64,000 nucleotides of DNA from Eledone cirrhosa (lineage: Eukaryota): NCBI GenBank assembly GCA_964016885.1, contig OZ024741.1, forward strand, positions 3,348,001 through 3,412,000. The letters are read 5' to 3'. Of this stretch, positions 54,561 through 64,000 are shown piece after piece. Under the pieces are notes generated by a model. That model was not told the origin of the DNA and ran no database searches. It worked only from the letters and a program-made list of their open reading frames with translations. The first letter of the stretch is position 1, and every line of letters begins with the position of its first letter. Made by a program: the position numbers and the translations under genes.

Positions 54561-57500
54561 ACACCTGCTAGACTATATATGTAGGTTGTTGGTGATTTAA
54601 CGCTATATACACACCTGCTAGACTATATATGTAGGTTGTTGGTGACTTAACACTATATACACACCTGCTAGACTATATATGTAGGTTGTTGGTGGCTTAA
54701 CACTATATACACACCTGCTAGACTATATATGTAGGTTGTTGGTGACTTAACACTATATACACACCTGCTAGACTATATATGTAGGTTGTTGGTGACTTAA
54801 CACTATATACACACCTGCTAGACTATATATGTAGGTTGTTGGTGACTTAACACTATATACACACCTGCTAGACTATATATGTAGGTTGTTGGTGACTTAA
54901 CACTATATACACACCTGCTAGACTATATATGTAGGTTGTTGGTGACTTAACACTATATACACACCTGCTAGACTATATATGTAGGTTGTTGGTGATTTAA
55001 CGCTATATACACACCTGCGAGACTATATATGTAGGTTGTTGGTGACTTAACACTATATACACACCTGCGAGACTATATATGTAGGTTGTTGGTGACTTAA
55101 CACTATATACACACCTGCTAGACTATATATGTAGGTTGTTGGTGATTTAACGCTATATACACACCTGCGAGACTATATATGTAGGTTGTTGGTGACTTAA
55201 CACTATATACACACCTGCTAGACTATATATGTAGGTTGTTGGTGACTTAACACTATATACACACCTGCTAGACTATATATGTAGGTTGTTGGTGACTTAA
55301 CACTATATACACACCTGCTAGACTATATATGTAGGTTGTTGGTGACTTAACACTATATACACACCTGCTAGACTATATATGTAGGTTGTTGGTGACTTAA
55401 CACTATATACACACCTGCTAGACTATATATGTAGGTTGTTGGTGACTTAACACTATATACACACCTGCTAGACTATATATGTAGGTTGTTGGTGATTTAA
55501 CACTATATACACACCTGCGAGACTATATATGTAGGTTGTTGGTGACTTAACACTATATACACACCTGCTAGACTATATATGTAGGTTGTTGGTGACTTAA
55601 CACTATATACACACCTGCTAGACTATATATGTAGGTTGTTGGTGACTTAACACTATATACACACCTGCTAGACTATATATGTAGGTTGTTGGTGACTTAA
55701 CACTATATACACACCTGCTAGACTATATATGTAGGTTGTTGGTGATTTAACGCTATATACACACCTGCTAGACTATATATGTAGGTTGTTGGTGACTTAA
55801 CACTATATACACACCTGCTAGACTATATATGTAGGTTGTTGGTGACTTAACACTATATACACACCTGCTAGACTATATATGTAGGTTGTTGGTGATTTAA
55901 CGCTATATACACACCTGCGAGACTATATATGTAGGTTGTTGGTGACTTAACACTATATACACACCTGCGAGACTATATATGTAGGTTGTTGGTGACTTAA
56001 CACTATATACACACCTGCTAGACTATATATGTAGGTTGTTGGTGACTTAACACTATATACACACCTGCGAGACTATATATGTAGGTTGTTGGAGACTTAA
56101 CACTATATACACACCTGCTAGACTATATATGTAGGTTGTTGGTGACTTAACACTATATACACACCTGCTAGACTATATATGTAGGTTGTTGGTGACTTAA
56201 CACTATATACACACCTGCTAGACTATATATGTAGGTTGTTGGTGACTTAACACTATATACACACCTGCTAGACTATATATGTAGGTTGTTGGTGACTTAA
56301 CACTATATACACACCTGCTAGACTATATATGTAGGTTGTTGGTGATTTAACGCTATATACACACCTGCGAGACTATATATGTAGGTTGTTGGTGACTTAA
56401 CACTATATACACACCTGCTAGACTATATATGTAGGTTGTTGGTGACTTAACACTATATACACACCTGCTAGACTATATATGTAGGTTGTTGGTGACTTAA
56501 CACTATATACACACCTGCTAGAATATATATGTAGGTTGTTGGTGACTTAACACTATATACACACCTGCTAGACTATATATGTAGGTTGTTGGTGACTTAA
56601 CACTATATACACACCTGCTAGACTATATATGTAGGTTGTTGGTGACTTAACACTATATACACACCTGCTAGACTATATATGGAGGTTGTTGGTGATTTAA
56701 CGCTATATACACACCTGCGAGACTATATATGTAGGTTGTTGGTGACTTAACACTATATACACACCTGCGAGACTATATATGTAGGTTGTTGGTGACTTAA
56801 CACTATATACACACCTGCTAGACTATATATGTAGGCTGTTGGTGATTTAACGCTATATACACACTTTCTAGACTATATATGTAGGCTGTTGGTGACTTAA
56901 CACTATATACACACCTGCTAGACTTTATATGTAGGTTGTTGGTGACTTAACACTATATACACACCTGCTAGACTATATATGTAGGTTGTTGGTGACTTAA
57001 CACTATATACACACCTGCTAGACTATATATGTAGGTTGTTGGTGACTTAACACTATATACACACCTGCTAGACTATATATGTAGGTTGTTGGTGACTTAA
57101 CACTATATACACACCTGCTAGACTATATATGTAGGTTGTTGGTGACTTAACACTATATACACACCTGCTAGACTATATATGTAGGTTGTTGGTGATTTAA
57201 CGCTATATACACACCTGCGAGACTATATATGTAGGTTGTTGGTGACTTAACACTATATACACACCTGCGAGACTATATATGTAGGTTGTTGGTGACTTAA
57301 CACTATATACACACCTGCTAGACTATATATGTAGGCTGTTGGTGATTTAACGCTATATACACACTTTCTAGACTATATATGTAGGCTGTTGGTGACTTAA
57401 CACTATATACACACCTGCTAGACTATATATGTAGGTTGTTGGTGACTTAAAACTATATACACACCAGCTAGGCTATATATGTAGGTTGTTGGTGATTTAA

Positions 57501-60500
57501 CACTATATACACACACCTGCTAGACTATATATGTAGGTTATTGGTGACTTAACACTATATACACACCTGCTAGACTATATATGTAGGTTGTTAATGTCTT
57601 AACACTATATACACACCTGCTAGACTATATATGTAGATTGTTGATCACTTAACACTATATACACAGCTGCTAGACTATATATTTATGTTGTTGATGAATT
57701 ACCGCTATATACACACCTGCTAGACTATATATGTAGGTTGTTGATGACTTAACACTATATACACACCTGCTAGACTATATATGTAGGTTGTTGGTGACTT
57801 AACACTATATACACACCTGCTAGACTATATATGTAGGTTGTTGGTGACTTAACGCTATATACACACATGCTAGACTTTATATGTAGGTTGTTGGTGACTT
57901 AACACTATATACACACATGCTAGACTATATATGTAGGTTGTTGATGTCTTAACACTATATACACACCTGCTAGACTATATATGTAGGTTGTTGGTGACTT
58001 AATACTATATACACACCTGCTAGACTATATATGTAGGTTGTTGGTGACTTAACACTATATACACACCTGCTAGACTATATATTTACGATGTTGGTGACTT
58101 AACACTATATACACACCTGCTAGACTATATATCTAGATTGTTGGTGACTTAACACAATATACACACCTGCTAGACTATATATGTAGGTTGTTGGTGACTT
58201 AACACTATATACACACCTGCTAGACTATAGATGTAGGTTGTTGGTGACTTAACACTATATACACACCTGCTAGACTATATATGTAGGTTGTTGGTGACTT
58301 AACACTATATACACACCTGCTAGATTATATATGTAGGTTGTTGGTGATTAACACTATATACACCCCTGCGAGACTATATATGTAGGTTGTTGGTGACTTA
58401 ACACTATATACACACCTGCTAGACTATATATGTAGGTTGTTGGTGACTTAACACTATATACACACCTGCTAGATTATATATGTAGGTTGTTGGTGATTAA
58501 CGCTATATACACCCCTGCTAGACTATATATGTAGGTTGTTGGTGAATTAACGCTATATATACACCTGCTAGACTATATATGTAGGTTGTTGGTGACTGAA
58601 CACTATATACACCCCTGCTAGACTATATATGTAGATTGTTGATGACTTAACACTATATACACACCTGCTAGACTATATATGTAGGTTGTTGATGACTTAA
58701 CACTATATACACACCTGCTAGACTATATATTTATGTTGTTGATGAATTACCGCTATATACACACCTGCTAGACTATATATGTAGGTTGTTGATGACTTAA
58801 CACTATATACACACCTGCTAGAATATATATTTATGTTGTTGATGAATTAACGCTAAATACACACCTGCTAGACTATATATTTATGTTGTTGGTGACTTAA
58901 CACTATATACACACCTGCTAGACTATATATGTAGGTTGTTGATGACTTAACGCTATATACACACGTGCTAGACTATATATGTACGATGTTGATGACTTAA
59001 CGCTATATACACACCTGCTAGACTATATATTTATGTTGTTGATCACTTAACGCTATATACACACCTGCGAGACTATATATGTAGGTTGTTGATGACTTAA
59101 CGCTATTTACACACCTGCTAGACTATATATGTAGGTTGTTGGTGACTTAACACTATATACACACGTGCTAGACTATATATGTAGGTTGTTGGTGACTTAA
59201 CACTATATACACACGTGCTAGACTATATTTGTAGGTTGTTGGTGACTTAACACTATATACACACCTGCTAGACTATATATTTATGTTGTTGGTGACTTAA
59301 CACTATATACACACCTGCTAGACTATATATTTATGTTGTTGGTGACTTAACACTATATACACACCTGCTAGACTATATATGTAGGTTATTGGTGACTTAA
59401 CACAATATACACACCTGCTAGACTATATATGTAGGGTGTTGGTGACTTAACGCTATATACACACCTACTAGACTATATATGTAGGTTGTTGATGACTTAA
59501 CGCATTATACACACCTGCTAGACTATATATGTAGGTTGTTGGTGACTTAACACTATATACACACCTGCTAGACTATATGTGTACGATGTTGGTGATTTAA
59601 CGCTATATACACACCTGCTAGACTCTATATGTAGGTTGTTGATGACTTAACACTATATACACACCTGCTAGACTATATATGTAGGTTGTTGATGACAACG
59701 CTATATACACACCTGGTAGTCTATATATGTAGGTTATTGGTGATTTAACGCTATATACACACCTGCTAGACTATATATGTAGGCTGTTGGTGATTTAACG
59801 CTATATACACACTTTCTAGACTATATATGTAGGCTGTTGGTGACTTAACACTATATACACCCCTGCGAGACTATATATGTAGGTTGTTGGTGACTTAACA
59901 CTATATACACACCTGTTAGACTATATATATAGGTTGTTGTTGATTAAACACAATATACACACCTGCTAGACTATATATGTAGGTTGTTGGTGACTTAACA
60001 CTATATACACACCTGCTAGACTATATATGTAGGTTGTTGGTGACTTAACACTATATACACCCCTGCGAGACTATATATGTAGGTTGTTGGTGACTTAACA
60101 CTATATACACACCTGCTAGACTATATATGTAGGTTGTTGGTGACTTAACGCTATATACACCCCTGCTGGACTATATATGTAGATTGTTGGTGACTTAACG
60201 CTATATACACCCCTGCTAGACTATATATTTACGATGTTGGTGACTTAACACTATATACACACCTGCTAGACTATATATGTAGGTTGTTGATGTCTTAACA
60301 CTATATACACACCTGCTAGACTATATATTTACGATGTTGGTGACTTAACACTATATACACACCTGCTAGACTATATATGTAGGTTGTTGGTGACTTAACA
60401 CTATATACACAGCTGCTAGACTATATATGTAGGTTGTTGGTGACTTAACACTATATACACACCTGCTAGACTATATATGTAGGTTGTTGGTGACTTAACA

Positions 60501-63500
60501 CTATATACACACCTGCTAGACTATATATGTAGGTTGTTGGTGACTTAACACTATATACACACCTGCTAGACTATATATTTACGATGTTGGTGACTTAACA
60601 CTATATACACACCTGCTAGACTATATATCTAGATTGTTGGTGACTTAACACAATATACACACCTGCTAGACTATATATGTAGGTTGTTGATGTCTTAACA
60701 CTATATACACACCTGCTAGACTATATATGTAGGTTGATGGTGACTTAACACTATATACACACCTGCTAGACTATATATGTAGGTTGTTGATGTCTTAACA
60801 CTATATACACACCTGCTAGACTATATATGTAGGTTGTTGATGACTTAACACTATATACACACCTGCTAGACTATATATGTAGGTTGTTGGTGACTTAACA
60901 CTATATACACACCTGCTAGACTATATATTTATGTTGTTGATGAATTACCGCTATATACACACCTGCTAGACTATATATGTAGGTTGTTGATGACTTAACA
61001 CTATATACACACCTGCTAGACTATATATTTATGTTGTTGATGAATTAACGCTATATACACACCTGCTAGACTATATATTTATGTTGTTGGTGACTTAACA
61101 CTATATACACACCTGCTAGACTATATATTTATGTTGTTGGTGACTTAACACTATATACACACCTGCTAGACTATATATGTAGGTTGTTGATGACTTAACG
61201 CTATATACACACGTGCTAGACTATATATGTACGATGTTGATGACTTAACGCTATATACACACCTGCTAGACTATATATTTATGTTGTTGGTGACTTAACA
61301 CTATATACACACCTGCGAGACTATATATGTAGGTTGTTGATGACTTAACGCTATTTACACACCTGCTAGACTATATATGTAGGTTGTTGGTGACTTAACA
61401 CTATATACACACGTGCTAGACTATATATGTAGGTTGTTGGTGACTTAACACTATATACACACGTGCTAGACTATATATGTAGGTTGTTGGTGTCTTAACA
61501 CTATATACACACCTGCTAGACTATATATTTATGTTGTTGGTGACTTAACACTATATACACACCTGCTAGACTATATATTTATGTTGTTGGTGACTTAACA
61601 CTATATACACACCTGCTAGACTATATATGTAGGTTATTGGTGACTTAACACAATATACACACCTGCTAGACTATATATGTAGGGTGTTGGTGACTTAACG
61701 CTATATACACACCTACTAGACTATATATGTAGGTTGTTGATGACTTAACGCATTATACACACCTGCTAGACTATATATGTAGGTTGTTGGTGACTTAACA
61801 CTATATACACACCTGCTAGACTATATGTGTACGATGTTGGTGATTTAACGCTATATACACACCTGCTAGACTCTATATGTAGGTTGTTGATGACTTAACA
61901 CTATATACACACCTGCTAGACTATATATGTAGGTTGTTGATGACAACGCTATATACACACCTGGTAGTCTATATATGTAGGTTGTTGGTGATTTAACGCT
62001 ATATACACACCTGCTAGACTATATATGTAGGCTGTTGGTGATTTAACGCTATATACACACTTTCTAGACTATATATGTAGGCTGTTGGTGTCTTAACACT
62101 ATATACACACCTGCTAGACTATATATATAGGTTGTTGGTGATTAAACACAATATACACACCTGCTAGACTATATATGTAGGTTGTTGGTGACTTAAAACT
62201 ATATACACACCAGCTAGGCTATATATGTAGGTTGTTGGTGATTTAACACTATATACACACCTGCTAGACTATATATGTAGGTTGTTGGTGTCTTAACACT
62301 ATATACACACCTGCTAGACTATATATGTAGGTTGTTGGTGACTTAACACTATATACACACCTGCTAGACTATATATGTAGGTTGTTGGTGACTTAACACT
62401 ATATACACACCTGCTAGACTATATATGTAGGTTGTTGATGTCTTAACACTATATACACACCTGCTAGACTATATATGTAGGTTGTTGATGTCTTAACACT
62501 ATATACACACATGCTAGACTTTATATGTAGGTTGTTGGTGACTTAACACTATATACACACATGCTAGACTTTATATGTAGGTTGTTGGTGACTTAACACT
62601 ATATACACACATGCTAGACTATATATGTAGGTTGTTGATGTCTTAACACTATATACACACCTGCTAGACTATATATGTAGATTGTTGATCACTTAACACT
62701 ATATACACACCTGCTGTACTATATATGTAGGTTGTTGGTGACTTAACGCTATATACACACCTGCTAGACTATATATGTAGGTTGTTGGTGACTTAACACT
62801 ATATACACCCCTGCTAGACTATATATGTAGGTTGTTGGTGACTTAACACTATATACACACCTGTTAGACTATATATTTACGATGTTGGTGACTTAACACT
62901 ATATACACACCTGCTAGACTATATATGTAGGTTGTTGATGTCTTAACACTATATACACACCTGCTAGACTATATATTTACGATGTTGGTGACTTAACACT
63001 ATATACACACCTGCTAGACTATATATGTAGATTGTTGATCACTTAACACTATATACACACCTGCTAGACTATATATGTAGGTTGTTGGTGACTTAACACT
63101 ATATACACACCTGCTAGACTATATATGTAGGTTGTTGGTGACTTAACACTATATACACACCTGCTAGACTATATATGTAGGTTGTTGGTGACTTAACACT
63201 ATATACACACCTGCTAGACTATATATGTAGGTTGTTGGTGACTTAACACTATATACACACCTGCTAGACTATATATTTACGATGTTGGTGACTTAACACT
63301 ATATACACACCTGCTAGACTATATATCTAGATTGTTGGTGACTTAACACAATATACACACCTGCTAGACTATATATGTAGGTTGTTAATGTCTTAACACT
63401 ATATACACACCTGCTAGACTATATATGTAGGTTGTTGGTGACTTAACACTATATACACACCTGCTAGACTATATATGTAGGTTGTTGGTGACTTAACACT

Positions 63501-64000
63501 ATATACACACCTGCTAGACTATATATGTAGGTTGTTGATGTCTTAACACTATATACACACCTGCTAGACTATATATGTAGGTTGTTGATGACTTAACACT
63601 ATATACACACCTGCTAGACTATATATGTAGGTTGTTGTTGACTTAACTCTATATACACACCTGCTAGACTATATATTTATGTTGTTGATGAATTACCGCT
63701 ATATACACACCTGCTAGACTATATATGGAGGTTGTTGATGACTTAACACTATATACACACCTGCTAGACTATATATGTAGGTTGTTGATGACTTAACACT
63801 ATATACACACCTGCTAGACTATATATGTAGGTTGTTGATGACTTAACACTATATACACACCTGCTAGACTATATATGTAGGTTGTTGATGACTTAACACT
63901 ATATACACACCTGCTAGACTATATATGTAGGTTGTTGATGACTTAACACTATATACACACCTGCTAGACTATATATTTATGTTGTTGGTGACTTAACACT
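54561..64000. repeat. Satellite B, 50-bp monomer, ~189 copies, runs off the window end
   Basis: ACACCTGCTAGACTATATATGTAGGTTGTTGGTGACTTAACACTATATAC in tandem; near-homogeneous to ~57450 and more variable afterwards. Confidence 0.98.

Noticed and set aside
54535-54620. SatB monomer as a direct continuation of the RTE coding sequence (KIxTLY..G...C motif)
   Set aside because: The alignment needs several frameshifts and is not convincing by eye; kept only as a hypothesis to test against the RTE consensus.

Overview
Eukaryotic, gene-free, heterochromatin-like window. It is probably from a cephalopod (octopus); this is an inference from SINE/MITE families recognised from memory, not verified by search. 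Positions 1-38.3 kb are one ~27-bp satellite (SatA) with kb-scale higher-order repeats and a strand inversion at ~35.2-35.5 kb. Positions 54.56-64 kb are a second, 50-bp satellite (SatB). Between them is a 16-kb island of nested transposon relics. Its centrepiece is a composite element: a TTAA-flanked piggyBac-type MITE (14-bp perfect TIRs, 38929-45541) whose internal 72-bp tandem array is split 6+6 by a near full-length Tx1-clade non-LTR retrotransposon, the same architecture as Xenopus Tx1C. Manual translation also shows a diverged, ORF2-deleted relative of that LINE (48.7-49.6 kb), a Penelope GIY-YIG remnant, two RTE remnants, a Tc1/mariner MITE and several SINEs. Four minisatellites in the island can be traced to sequence inside a transposon, and several junctions carry fold-back (snap-back) palindromes. 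The many Cys/Val-rich ORFs in the track are satellite artefacts. No host genes, RNA genes or CRISPR arrays are supported.
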